From positions 1-55,742 of IMG/VR virus record IMGVR_UViG_3300025513_000009: a DNA stretch of 55,742 nucleotides, one strand, 5' to 3'. Numbering within the stretch: the stretch's first letter is position 1; each line of letters opens with the position of its first letter. A model generated the notes under the pieces. That model worked only from the letters and a program-made list of their open reading frames with translations. It was not told the origin of the DNA and did no database searches. This document shows positions 27,143 to 36,672 of the stretch, one piece after another. The position numbers and the translations under genes are program-made. The DNA comes from a virus (Duplodnaviria > Caudoviricetes).

Positions 27143-28246
27143 ATGTCCGAGCATGCTGTTCTTAAACCAGTTCCATCTCAGAAACCAAAGAGTGATCTGC
27201 AATGTAAGATTGCCTTCGTCTTTGACTTCCCCACTAATGAGGAAGCCAGACTAGGTGAGATTATGACAGGCTCTGCTGGTAGAATGTTCCATCAGCTAGT
27301 CGAGATACTAGGTATAGGTGTGGAGAACTGCTTGCTCACATACGCTCTCTCATATAAACCCGCTCAAGAAAACCCAGCACACTTCTTCCACAATCGCGCC
27401 AACTACAAGGCGTTGTGCAAGACAACAGACTGGCGTAGTAAATATTCTGTCAGCGGGTTTGGATATCTCACGGAAGATAAAGAACCTGAGATCGAGAGGC
27501 TAGCAAACGAGCTTAGTGCTGCGCAACCTAATATCATTATTGCTATGGGTGGCTTGGCATTATGGGCGCTAACAGGGCTAGACAAAGTAGGTACATACAG
27601 GGGGACGATCTTAAATTCTAAAACTTTAAGTGAGGACATCAAGGTACTTCCTACGTATAGCCCTAGTGCCATAGTAAGAAACTATGACTTCAGACCAGTG
27701 GTACTTGCCGATATAAAGAAAGCATTACTAGAATCTGAATCAAAAGAAATAACAACTATAGAAAGAGAGTTATGGATTGAACCAACTATTAAAGACCTTA
27801 AAGAATTTTATGATCTACACATCAGAGAAAATAACATGGATGTTCCTCTTAGTTTCGACATCGAGACCGCTTCAGGTGACATTACTTGCATTGGTTTTGC
27901 TCCTAGCGATCGCATCGCTATTGTAATACCGTTCAGAGATGACAGACAAATATTAAAAAACTATTGGCATGACTATGATGAAGAACTACAAGCATGGGCA
28001 TGGGTTAAAGGAGTACTAGAAAATGAAAACATAACTAAGGTAGCACAGAATCAAACCTATGATGTCTCGTGGTTACAATATAAGAAAGGCATACGTGTAG
28101 CAGGATTAGTACACGATACGATGCATGCTCAACATGCACTACAGCCAGAACAACAAAAAGGATTGGGCTACTTAGGCTCTATCTATACTAACGAGAGTGC
28201 TTGGAAAACTATGGCTACGTTTTCTAAAAGTACTAGGAAAGAATGA
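27143..28246 (+). CDS. UDG-like domain fused to partial 3'-5' exonuclease (N-terminal part of split DNA polymerase)
   Basis: Family-4 UDG-like scaffold (GSAG, PNIIIAMG..A, PTYSPS), then ExoI SFDIET, ExoII QNQTYD and DTM. Confidence 0.85.
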   Translation: MSEHAVLKPVPSQKPKSDLQCKIAFVFDFPTNEEARLGEIMTGSAGRMFHQLVEILGIGVENCLLTYALSYKPAQENPAHFFHNRANYKALCKTTDWRSKYSVSGFGYLTEDKEPEIERLANELSAAQPNIIIAMGGLALWALTGLDKVGTYRGTILNSKTLSEDIKVLPTYSPSAIVRNYDFRPVVLADIKKALLESESKEITTIERELWIEPTIKDLKEFYDLHIRENNMDVPLSFDIETASGDITCIGFAPSDRIAIVIPFRDDRQILKNYWHDYDEELQAWAWVKGVLENENITKVAQNQTYDVSWLQYKKGIRVAGLVHDTMHAQHALQPEQQKGLGYLGSIYTNESAWKTMATFSKSTRKE

Positions 28247-28255
28247 TAACATCAA

Positions 28256-28540
28256 ATGAAACGCGCTCCGTATTTTTCGGAGTTGCTAATACCACATGAA
28301 TTAGTAACTATCGAAAGTCAAGTTCGGCTGTGGAGGGCTGTAATAGATCAGGCATTGATAGATTTTTTAACGAACAGTAAGTCAAGAGAGGCACAAGTGG
28401 ATAAAGAGAAAGCAAAGATATGGTTAAGAGGCAAGTCAAAAGACTTCAGTCTAGTCTGTGAGTATGCTGAGCTCAATGCCAAAGAAGTGAGGGAAGAGGT
28501 ATACAAAATTATAGGAGGAGTAGATGAGCTCTACAGATAA
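28256..28540 (+). CDS. Hypothetical protein
   Basis: 94 aa, LWRAVIDQALID...DF..VC. Confidence 0.7.
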   Translation: MKRAPYFSELLIPHELVTIESQVRLWRAVIDQALIDFLTNSKSREAQVDKEKAKIWLRGKSKDFSLVCEYAELNAKEVREEVYKIIGGVDELYR

Positions 28541-28754
28541 ATACACATACACTAGCTTAGATAAACAAGTGGGAGGCGATCACTATAAAAATTTTGTGAT
28601 ACAACCTGCACACTTTACTAATGAAAACAAACTACCTTTCGCAGAGGGCAACGCATTAAAATACATTTGCCGTCACAGTTTCAAAGGTGGTAAGGAAGAC
28701 TTAGAAAAAGCTAAACACTATATCGATATGATTATCGAACGCGACTACAGATAA
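28524..28754 (+). CDS. DUF3310 family protein
   Basis: QVGGDHY, GNALKYICR...KGG.EDLEKA.HY. Confidence 0.85.
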   Translation: MSSTDKYTYTSLDKQVGGDHYKNFVIQPAHFTNENKLPFAEGNALKYICRHSFKGGKEDLEKAKHYIDMIIERDYR

Positions 28755-28776
28755 ATTAACATGGGAGACAAAAGCA

Positions 28777-30321
28777 ATGGCGAGGATAATAAAGAACGTA
28801 GACATACAGAATATTGAACTTGATTCTGAACAAACTCTTTGGACTTATTGCGCATTAGATTGCGCTGTTACTCTAGAGATATGGCAGAAGATTAAAAAAG
28901 AATTAGACGAAGAATCCAGCAAGACATATCAATTTGAATTAGATAGCCTTAAGCCTGCGATGGCTATGATGTTACGCGGCTTACGTGTGGATGATGATAA
29001 GGTTGTGAAAATGCGTGCCCCTCTCAAAGATAAGAGGATTAAATTAGAGCGCATGCTTAATCTATTTGCTAACGCGGTAGTAGGTAAAGATCTTAATCAT
29101 GCCTCGCCTAAACAGTTGATGGATTTATTTTACACGCACTTAAATCTGCCACCTGTTATCGCATACAAAAAAGGTAAGCAGAAAGTTTCTACAGATAGGG
29201 AAGCGCTAGAACATTTACGTTCAGAGTATCCTAGAGCACGTCCTTTCTGCAATACAATCATGGCACTACGTGACATTGATAAACAACTCAACGTATTACA
29301 AACGACTAGAGATAAAGACAATCGTATACGTTGTTCATACAATGTAGCTGGCACCGAGACAGGTAGATGGTCATCATCTGAATCTCCTTGGGGTACAGGT
29401 ACTAACCTACAAAATATTACAAAAGACTTACGATCTATCTTCATACCTGACGAGGGTATGACTATGTTCTATGCGGATTTAGAGCAAGCAGAGTCTCGTG
29501 TTGTTGCATACATCACAGGGGACGAAGGATATATCAATGCATGTGAGAGTGGTGACCTACATACTACTGTTGTTAAAATGGTATGGCCCAATATGGGGTG
29601 GAGTGGTGACCCAAAACAAGAGCGTGCCTTGGCTGATAAGATTTTCTACTTACACTTCACATACAGGGACATGTGTAAGAGAGCTGGTCATGGTACTAAC
29701 TATGGGTTATCTGCTACATCATTAGGCAGACACTTAAAAATTAAAATCTCACATGCCACAAGGTTTCAACTACTATACTACGGAGGTGTTATCCCCGTAG
29801 AAACTGTGTCACGTTGGCATACTCAAGACCCTAAGGGTGGGTTCGATGAACTTGCTTCCTATGGTGTAGAATTTGGTGACAAGATTAAGTACTTGCGTAT
29901 TGATGGAGCATTTCCTGGTGTACGTAACTGGCACAACACAGTACTACAAGAGTTAGAAAAGGAGGGGGCACTGGTAACTCCACTAGGTAGACGCAGGCAA
30001 TTTTGGGGACGACTCAATGATGCCGCGACCTTGCGTGAAGCCATTGCTTATGTACCCCAGTCTACCATCGGAGATCTATTAAACGTAGGGCTCTACCGTG
30101 TGTGGAATGAGCTGGAAGGTAGAGGGGTACAAGTTCTTGGGCAAGTTCACGATGCTATCTTAGGTCAAGTACCTACGGATAGAGTTGATGAACTTATGCC
30201 TGAGATTATTAACTGTATGACTAACCCAATAAAGATGGGTGATCGTGAATTAATTATACCATCAGTTGCTGAAGTAGGTAACTCATGGAAAGACTTAAAA
30301 GTATGGGAGAAGCATGACTAG
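28777..30321 (+). CDS. polA: Family A DNA polymerase, C-terminal part
   Basis: ExoIII YCALD, TETGRWSS, NLQN, motif A ADLEQAE, motif B RDMCKRAGHGTNYG and motif C QVHD. Confidence 0.95.
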   Translation: MARIIKNVDIQNIELDSEQTLWTYCALDCAVTLEIWQKIKKELDEESSKTYQFELDSLKPAMAMMLRGLRVDDDKVVKMRAPLKDKRIKLERMLNLFANAVVGKDLNHASPKQLMDLFYTHLNLPPVIAYKKGKQKVSTDREALEHLRSEYPRARPFCNTIMALRDIDKQLNVLQTTRDKDNRIRCSYNVAGTETGRWSSSESPWGTGTNLQNITKDLRSIFIPDEGMTMFYADLEQAESRVVAYITGDEGYINACESGDLHTTVVKMVWPNMGWSGDPKQERALADKIFYLHFTYRDMCKRAGHGTNYGLSATSLGRHLKIKISHATRFQLLYYGGVIPVETVSRWHTQDPKGGFDELASYGVEFGDKIKYLRIDGAFPGVRNWHNTVLQELEKEGALVTPLGRRRQFWGRLNDAATLREAIAYVPQSTIGDLLNVGLYRVWNELEGRGVQVLGQVHDAILGQVPTDRVDELMPEIINCMTNPIKMGDRELIIPSVAEVGNSWKDLKVWEKHD

Positions 30322-31579
30322 AATATATAAAGATTACATAGACGCATGCGTTGAGGCTAGTGCTGATAGTCCTATCCCTAAAATCTTTAGGAGATGGGCT
30401 GCGCTTTCTTCAGTAGCTGGTGCATTAGGTAGGCGTGTCTGGTTTCCTATGGCGAACTACGATATACGATCTAATATATTCGTTGTCATGATCGCTGGGC
30501 CTGGTCGTAACAAATCTGTTAGCTTAGTCCTACCATATAGTAAAGTATTTACTAAACTAACTACACCACCTGGATCACAACCTGACCATGAACAATTCAA
30601 TGCAGGCTTAGATCAGTATGGTATGCGAGACTATCCTTTGTATTTAATACAAGATAGAATCACGCCAGAAAAATTAGCAGTTGACATGTGTAAGATTTCT
30701 CGTTGGGATATGAGATTGTCTACACCTACTGATGAATTTTATGATGGGTCTATGACATTAGTTACGTCTGAACTTGGTACATTCTTATCAAGACATGAGA
30801 GATATTTACAAATGTTTCTTACAGATATGTGGGATAGTAAAGAAGAGTACTCACATAAAACTAAAACATCAGGTGAATATATTATTAAAGGTCCGTGTTT
30901 AAATTGGATAGCATGTGCTACACCTGAGCAATTCGTAGATAACTTACCTGAGGATGCAAGGTCTCAAGGTTTACTATCAAGAATTATTCCTGTGTTCTAT
31001 GACGGACCAAAGATTCCTCAATCTCTTTTACAAAAAAGAATTGATGATCAGACTGTAGTAAATTTAAGAGAAGACTTGTCACAGATATCTAAGATGTATG
31101 GACCAGCTAAGTTTGATCCTCTTGCATTTGATAAAATTAATTTAGATATAGAGGGCGGCTTATCACCTGAACCTACTGACCCCAACCTAGCTGAGTACAC
31201 TCAACGTAGAGTATCTCACTTCATTAAGATAGCTTTATCTGTGTCAGCTTCTAGTAGTGCTAGTAAGATCATAACATGGGATCAGTGGCAACGTACTAAA
31301 GACCTGATGTTTGAAGTAGAAGAACATATGCCTAAAGCATTGGCAGGATTTGGTATGGGTAGGACAGGTAAAATTGCACAGGAAATGGGGGTATGGTTTA
31401 AGAATACCATGTCATCTAATGGTAACAAGTATGTACACCTTAAGAAATTCAAGAGGGAGTTGCTACGTAAGATACCTAACCCTGGCGAACTAGAACAAAC
31501 TGTCAAGGCTATGGAAGATTCAGGATACATCGAAGTAAAAGATGGTGTTGTTTTTCCTAAAGCACTTGAACACATTTAG
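30314..31579 (+). CDS. Putative helicase/ATPase (DUF3987-like)
   Basis: AGPGRNKS Walker A variant, TPEKL, SELG and GLLSRII; overlaps the pol stop. Confidence 0.65.
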   Translation: MTRIYKDYIDACVEASADSPIPKIFRRWAALSSVAGALGRRVWFPMANYDIRSNIFVVMIAGPGRNKSVSLVLPYSKVFTKLTTPPGSQPDHEQFNAGLDQYGMRDYPLYLIQDRITPEKLAVDMCKISRWDMRLSTPTDEFYDGSMTLVTSELGTFLSRHERYLQMFLTDMWDSKEEYSHKTKTSGEYIIKGPCLNWIACATPEQFVDNLPEDARSQGLLSRIIPVFYDGPKIPQSLLQKRIDDQTVVNLREDLSQISKMYGPAKFDPLAFDKINLDIEGGLSPEPTDPNLAEYTQRRVSHFIKIALSVSASSSASKIITWDQWQRTKDLMFEVEEHMPKALAGFGMGRTGKIAQEMGVWFKNTMSSNGNKYVHLKKFKRELLRKIPNPGELEQTVKAMEDSGYIEVKDGVVFPKALEHI

Positions 31580-31641
31580 GTAAGTGTGATACAATACAAA
31601 GCTCGTCCCTCAACAAACAAAACTTTCTTAAAGGAGAAAAA

Positions 31642-33399
31642 ATGAAAATAAATATTGACTACTCACGCGATGACCTCTTGACAAATGCAGGTAAAATGAT
31701 ACTGAAAGACAGGTATATGCTGCCTACTGAAGCTAGTCCACAGGATGCTTTCGCAAGAGCTTCAATAGCCTTTGCTGATGATGAAGCACACGCTCAAAGG
31801 TTATATGATTACTCGAGTAACTTATGGTTTATGTTTGCTACTCCTATCTTATCTAATGGAGGCACCACTAGAGGGTTGCCTATATCATGCTTCTTAAATT
31901 ATGTAGATGATTCAAGAGAAGGATTAGCAGATCACTATACTGAAAACATTTGGTTGTCTAGTATGGGCGGCGGAATTGGTGGCTACTGGGGAGCTATCAG
32001 ATCACAAGGTATGTCAACCAGTATAGGAAATAAAACTACAGGGGTAATACCTTTCATGCACGTAGTAGATTCACAGATGACTGCCTTCCATCAAGGAGCA
32101 ACAAGACGCGGTAGCTATGCTGCCTACATGGATGTAGCCCACCCTGAGATTATAGAGTTCATTGAGATGCGTAAGCCTACAGGTGGAGATATACATAGAA
32201 AGAATATGAACTTACACCATGGTATTAATATATCAGATAAGTTTATGGAAGCAGTAGAGAGTGGTACGTCATGGGATTTAATTGATCCACATACTCAACA
32301 GGTTATTAATACTGTAGATGCTAGGTCATTGTGGATTAAGATATTAGAAACAAGAATGTCTACAGGTGAGCCTTACTTATGTTTTGTTGACACAGTTAAT
32401 GCTGCCTTACCTAAGGTGCAAAAAGATTTAGGATTAAAGTTTAATCATTCTAACTTATGTTCAGAGATTACATTACCTACTGCTATGGATAGAACTGCAG
32501 TGTGTTGTTTATCTTCTACTAACTTAGAATACTATGATGAATGGAAGGACAACCCTTTATTCATTGAAGATTTAGTGCGTATGCTTGATAATGTGTTAGA
32601 GTCTTTTATATCTAATGCTCCACAATACATGTGGAAAGCAGTTAACAGTGCTCGCCATGAGCGTGCGATAGGTCTAGGTGCTATGGGTTTACATACCTAT
32701 TTCCAAAAGAGAAGACTATCTTTTGATAGTGCTATCGCTAAGGACGTTAACAAAAATATCTTTAAGCATATACACAAACAAGCTCAACTCGCAAACTATA
32801 AGTTGGGAACCGAGAGAGGTTCACCTTCAGATATGGAAGGCACAGGCAAAAGACACTCCCATGTGATCGCTATTGCTCCTAATGCATCTTCCTCTATTAT
32901 CTGTGGAGGAACCTCTCCGTCTATAGAACCTACGCGAGCAAACTCTTTTTCTCAAAAGACTTTAACAGGTACGTTTGAAATACGTAACAAGTACCTAGAG
33001 AAAAGGTTGATTGAACTAGGGAAAAACAATAGAGAAGTATGGAAATCTATAACCACCAATGGTGGTAGTGTAAGGCAGTTTGATTTCTTATCTACAGAAG
33101 ATAAAAAAATATTTAAAACTGCAATTGAAATGGATCAGAACAACTTGGTAGAATTGGCTGGAGATAGGCAAGAATTTATTTGTCAATCACAAAGTCTTAA
33201 CATATTCTTACCACCTGATGTGGACTCTAAAGTGTTGCATCAAATACATTTCACAGCATGGAAGAGTAAAGTAAAAACTTTATACTACTTAAGAAGTCAG
33301 GCTTTAAAAAAGGTCGAGAACCTGACCACGAAAATCGAAAGAACAATACGACCAGACTTTAACAAAGAAGAGGAAGCATGCCTAGCATGCGAAGCATAG
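31642..33399 (+). CDS. nrdA: Ribonucleotide reductase class Ia alpha subunit
   Basis: ATPILSN, ISC, SNLCSEI, IAPNASSS, KTLYY and C-terminal CLAC; no ATP cone evident. Confidence 0.95.
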   Translation: MKINIDYSRDDLLTNAGKMILKDRYMLPTEASPQDAFARASIAFADDEAHAQRLYDYSSNLWFMFATPILSNGGTTRGLPISCFLNYVDDSREGLADHYTENIWLSSMGGGIGGYWGAIRSQGMSTSIGNKTTGVIPFMHVVDSQMTAFHQGATRRGSYAAYMDVAHPEIIEFIEMRKPTGGDIHRKNMNLHHGINISDKFMEAVESGTSWDLIDPHTQQVINTVDARSLWIKILETRMSTGEPYLCFVDTVNAALPKVQKDLGLKFNHSNLCSEITLPTAMDRTAVCCLSSTNLEYYDEWKDNPLFIEDLVRMLDNVLESFISNAPQYMWKAVNSARHERAIGLGAMGLHTYFQKRRLSFDSAIAKDVNKNIFKHIHKQAQLANYKLGTERGSPSDMEGTGKRHSHVIAIAPNASSSIICGGTSPSIEPTRANSFSQKTLTGTFEIRNKYLEKRLIELGKNNREVWKSITTNGGSVRQFDFLSTEDKKIFKTAIEMDQNNLVELAGDRQEFICQSQSLNIFLPPDVDSKVLHQIHFTAWKSKVKTLYYLRSQALKKVENLTTKIERTIRPDFNKEEEACLACEA

Positions 33400-33407
33400 G
33401 AGAATAG

Positions 33408-34367
33408 ATGTCAGTATTTGAAGGAAGAGAATATTATAAACCGTTTGAGTATCCGTGGGCTTTTGAAGCTTACGATCAACAACAAAAGATGCACTGGTTA
33501 CCCAGTGAAGTTCCATTACATGAGGACGTACATGACTGGAGCTCTAAGATGACTGCGCCAGAAAAGAATTTAGTAAAACAAATCTTAACTTTCTTTACCC
33601 AAGGTGATGTAGATATAGCACAAGCCTATATGGATGTGTATATACCCATGTTTAAAAAACCTGAAGTGCGTATGATGTTATCCGCTATTGCTACATCAGA
33701 GGCTAACCATGCGCACAGTTATTCTTTATTGAATGATACCATAGGTATGGATGATAGAGAGTACAAAGCTTTCCAAGAATATAAAGAGATGGCCGACAAG
33801 CACAACTATCTTTGGCAAAGCAAAGGGGGCACGGACAATCAAAAAGTTATTCGAGACATGGCTGTCTTCTCTGCATTTGGTGAGGGCTTACAATTGTTTG
33901 GGTCATTCATCATGCTGTTAAACTTTCAAAGGTTTGGTAAGATGAAAGGCATGGGTCAGATAGTGGCTTGGTCTATCAGAGATGAGAACCACCACGTTGA
34001 GAACATGCTTAAACTATTTCATACAATATTAGATGAGCAACCTGAGCTATGGAATGATGACTTTAAGAAATCACTCTACGATATATGCAGAGATATGGTA
34101 ACTCTTGAAGAGAAGTTCATTGACCTGGCATTTAACCAAGGACCAGTCGAAGGGCTAACACCTGAAGAGGTTAAGAGTTATATACATTACATGGCAGACA
34201 GAAGGTTATTGCAGCTAGGATTAAAGCCTAACTACGGGGTAAAAGAAAACCCACTAGATTGGGTAGACTATATAGTCAATGGCCAAGCACATGAGAACTT
34301 CTTTGAGACTAAGTCTACTGAGTACGCTAAAGGTGCAGTCCAAGGTGACTGGTCTAACGCGTTTTAA
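33408..34367 (+). CDS. nrdB: Ribonucleotide reductase beta subunit
   Basis: D..., EANHAHSY, EG and RDENHH metal ligands; NFFE. Confidence 0.95.
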   Translation: MSVFEGREYYKPFEYPWAFEAYDQQQKMHWLPSEVPLHEDVHDWSSKMTAPEKNLVKQILTFFTQGDVDIAQAYMDVYIPMFKKPEVRMMLSAIATSEANHAHSYSLLNDTIGMDDREYKAFQEYKEMADKHNYLWQSKGGTDNQKVIRDMAVFSAFGEGLQLFGSFIMLLNFQRFGKMKGMGQIVAWSIRDENHHVENMLKLFHTILDEQPELWNDDFKKSLYDICRDMVTLEEKFIDLAFNQGPVEGLTPEEVKSYIHYMADRRLLQLGLKPNYGVKENPLDWVDYIVNGQAHENFFETKSTEYAKGAVQGDWSNAF

Positions 34368-34369
34368 TG

Positions 34370-34398
34370 TTGACAAATAGTATCAACTATGCTATACT
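34370..34398 (+). promoter_or_regulatory. Strong sigma70-like promoter
   Basis: TTGACA-17-TATACT with an extended TG. Confidence 0.75.
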
Positions 34399-34404
34399 TA
34401 ATTT

Positions 34405-34522
34405 AATAAGTGGGGGGCACAAAGAACCTTACGCGCCTTAGATGTAATATTTAAGGAGAGTTTGGGGATACTCAACTTCCACACCGAGTGAGGGACAGAC
34501 TGAAAAGCCTGTCCCTTTTTTT
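34405..34522 (+). ncRNA. Candidate structured small RNA or attenuator leader (~120 nt)
   Basis: Bounded by a consensus promoter and an intrinsic terminator, with several internal hairpins and no convincing ORF. Confidence 0.55.
34491..34522 (+). terminator. Rho-independent terminator
   Basis: AGGGACAG...CTGTCCC followed by T7. Confidence 0.85.
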
Positions 34523-34546
34523 ATTACATCACCATACAGGAGAACT

Positions 34547-34729
34547 ATGGAAACATTCAACTACCCTGAGTCTACTCAGTACGATAGCCATGCAAAATTG
34601 CTATACCAGTCATTCACTGATTTCCAATTGACTAAACGATATAAATTTGATAGACTCCCTATCAAGGATAAGGACTATTGGAGAGCCTTAGCCGAGATAT
34701 CCAAACGGGAGAAACTATGGAAAACGTAA
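34547..34729 (+). CDS. Hypothetical protein
   Basis: 60 aa, AGGAG RBS. Confidence 0.65.
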   Translation: METFNYPESTQYDSHAKLLYQSFTDFQLTKRYKFDRLPIKDKDYWRALAEISKREKLWKT

Positions 34730-34914
34730 AGAACAATGTGTTCGGTATTACTAGAAGATCAATAGATGCATTAATAAATATTGCATCAAGTGCTAGTACA
34801 GCGAAACAAAATGAAAAAGATCTTATATCTTATGCCAAGAATGAGTATCAAGACGATTGGCAATGGGCCTTATCTTATTACAAAAGTAATAAGGCTTTTC
34901 CTAAAAACTACTAG
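34717..34914 (+). CDS. Hypothetical protein
   Basis: MENVKNN start after GGAG; YAKNEYQDDWQWA motif. Confidence 0.6.
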   Translation: MENVKNNVFGITRRSIDALINIASSASTAKQNEKDLISYAKNEYQDDWQWALSYYKSNKAFPKNY

Positions 34915-34948
34915 GTATAAATCAGACGAGCTGGGTAGTATATACTAC

Positions 34949-35587
34949 CTAGTCCTGTTCTGAGAACTCATAAAAGAAATTATTATCATCACCCGCAGTG
35001 TACTTAGACTTACTCTCAACCCCATACTCAATAGTAGATACCTTATAATCAGGGAACCTCATCTTCTTAGGTGACAAAGACTTATCATAGAATAGTACAC
35101 GATTATTAGGCTGAGCTGCGAAGTATCCATTATCTAATTGAATAATATTAAAAGACTTATGCTGTGTAGGTGCTTCAGAATACCCCACATCTGGTATGTT
35201 GTAGTCTGGATGACAACTATCTATGGTGTATAAGTACTCACCAAAATAAAAATTCCCGTTAGGAGCCTTGTATTTACATTTACCTGACCCTACACTCACC
35301 TTTTGTATAACTGATATGTGATAGCTAAAAGCGTCCCATAACTCAAGGTCTTCCAGCTTCATCTCTTCCTTAGTTTCTTTCCAAACAAACGCGGATATAG
35401 GAAGCTTATCGTATAAAGCGCCAGTCTCATAGAGGTATGTCTCAAAGTACAGAGCTCTGCCCTGTATAGACTTAACGGTTATCCATACACCTGGTTCGTA
35501 TTCACCGTGCCCCCTCTCAAAGTCATAGAGATATTCTTTCTTAACAAGGACTTCAGTAGGTGGGATGTTGGCTACAAGAAAAGCCAT
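34949..35587 (-). CDS. Conserved hypothetical phage protein
   Basis: 212 aa MAFLVANIPP...LPISAF...YLYTID...HK...AQPNNR. Confidence 0.8.
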   Translation of the reverse strand: MAFLVANIPPTEVLVKKEYLYDFERGHGEYEPGVWITVKSIQGRALYFETYLYETGALYDKLPISAFVWKETKEEMKLEDLELWDAFSYHISVIQKVSVGSGKCKYKAPNGNFYFGEYLYTIDSCHPDYNIPDVGYSEAPTQHKSFNIIQLDNGYFAAQPNNRVLFYDKSLSPKKMRFPDYKVSTIEYGVESKSKYTAGDDNNFFYEFSEQD

Positions 35588-35817
35588 TAACTTCTATACT
35601 TATCTAATGAATCTGTAGTGAAAGTATCTACACAAGTGTACTTAAATCCTCCACCATTTACAAATATATCTTGAATGTCTTCTGCTATATCATAGCCTTC
35701 AAACATACATAGATCAAAGTTATCATGCTTAGCCTCGCCCATAATTCTGACGCAACTCTTATCTAAATATTCGCTAGCAGGTAAGCAAAGTTGTGCAAGA
35801 AGCACCCACTTAAGCAT
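35587..35817 (-). CDS. Small Cys-containing protein
   Basis: 76 aa with four Cys, coupled to the lysozyme gene. Confidence 0.6.
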   Translation of the reverse strand: MLKWVLLAQLCLPASEYLDKSCVRIMGEAKHDNFDLCMFEGYDIAEDIQDIFVNGGGFKYTCVDTFTTDSLDKYRS

Positions 35818-36259
35818 CAGCTTGTGCTCTAATTATTAAAGAAAGTTCTTCAGCACGGTGCGGGGTTTGCATACTCCACCTAGAGTCGAGCATCTCATCT
35901 GCCGCACTACCATACTGATGTTTGGATAAGTTCAGTAAGAACTTTTTAAATTTACCAACTCCGCTTGCACCAAGTTGGAATACCATTTCAATTAGAACTT
36001 CGAAAACCACTGTTCTATGCTCGTTAATATAGATATGATTATCTTCAGCGATACGCATAGCACCTTGCTTAGCATTTTCCAAATCAATTTGAAAGGTAGC
36101 TTCAAGCTGGTCCACGCTATATTCATTGCCTTCTTCATAGTCGTCCTCCTCTGTTAACAAATGGCCCCACCCTATAGTAGCCTTGCCAAGTGAGTCTTTA
36201 TATACGAAAGATCTAAACCCTTCGTGTTCTTTTATTCTCTCCTCTAAATTTTTTTGCAT
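35810..36259 (-). CDS. Endolysin, T4-type lysozyme (GH24)
   Basis: HEG...YKDSLGKATIGWGH (E/D/T triad), MVFQLG and EMLDSRW..QTPHRA. Confidence 0.9.
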   Translation of the reverse strand: MQKNLEERIKEHEGFRSFVYKDSLGKATIGWGHLLTEEDDYEEGNEYSVDQLEATFQIDLENAKQGAMRIAEDNHIYINEHRTVVFEVLIEMVFQLGASGVGKFKKFLLNLSKHQYGSAADEMLDSRWSMQTPHRAEELSLIIRAQADA

Positions 36260-36672
36260 TACTTAGCAACCCCTTTTACTTTCTCAAAACTTCTAATGCC
36301 TGCCATTCCCAAGAGGGCCATGACTAAAGGCATCAGTGTACCCATATCTAATGCAGGTAAAGGTTGTGTCTCTACTTGGAAAACTGCTAGAAAGAATATG
36401 AGAAAATTCTTAATAACATATTCCCATGCGATTGCGAGAGCACAGGAGAATCCAATGAGAGGTCTCCATGAACGCTGCAAGAAACCAGAGATACCACCAG
36501 ACACAGACTTAGCATCTGCCAAATTAATTTCGCTCTGAGCTTTGTTAAGTTGTGCTTCAATTTCTTTTAACTTTATCTTAGCATTATTTTTTTCGTCTTC
36601 CGAAGTGTGAACTGAATCTATAATAGAACCTACAGATTTAACTAAGTCCCCGCCTAATAATTTCGCTAACAT
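36259..36672 (-). CDS. Holin (3TM/GTA-type)
   Basis: HTSEDEK, WRPLIG and LLGMAGIRSFEK with TM segments; adjacent to the lysozyme. Confidence 0.85.
   Translation of the reverse strand: MLAKLLGGDLVKSVGSIIDSVHTSEDEKNNAKIKLKEIEAQLNKAQSEINLADAKSVSGGISGFLQRSWRPLIGFSCALAIAWEYVIKNFLIFFLAVFQVETQPLPALDMGTLMPLVMALLGMAGIRSFEKVKGVAK

Noticed and set aside
28246-28777. Group I intron or intein splitting the polymerase
   Set aside because: The interval is filled by two ordinary ORFs with no homing endonuclease or splice motifs, and the downstream part has its own RBS.
34405-34522. tRNA gene
   Set aside because: No T-loop GTTC motif or cloverleaf with an acceptor stem could be built.
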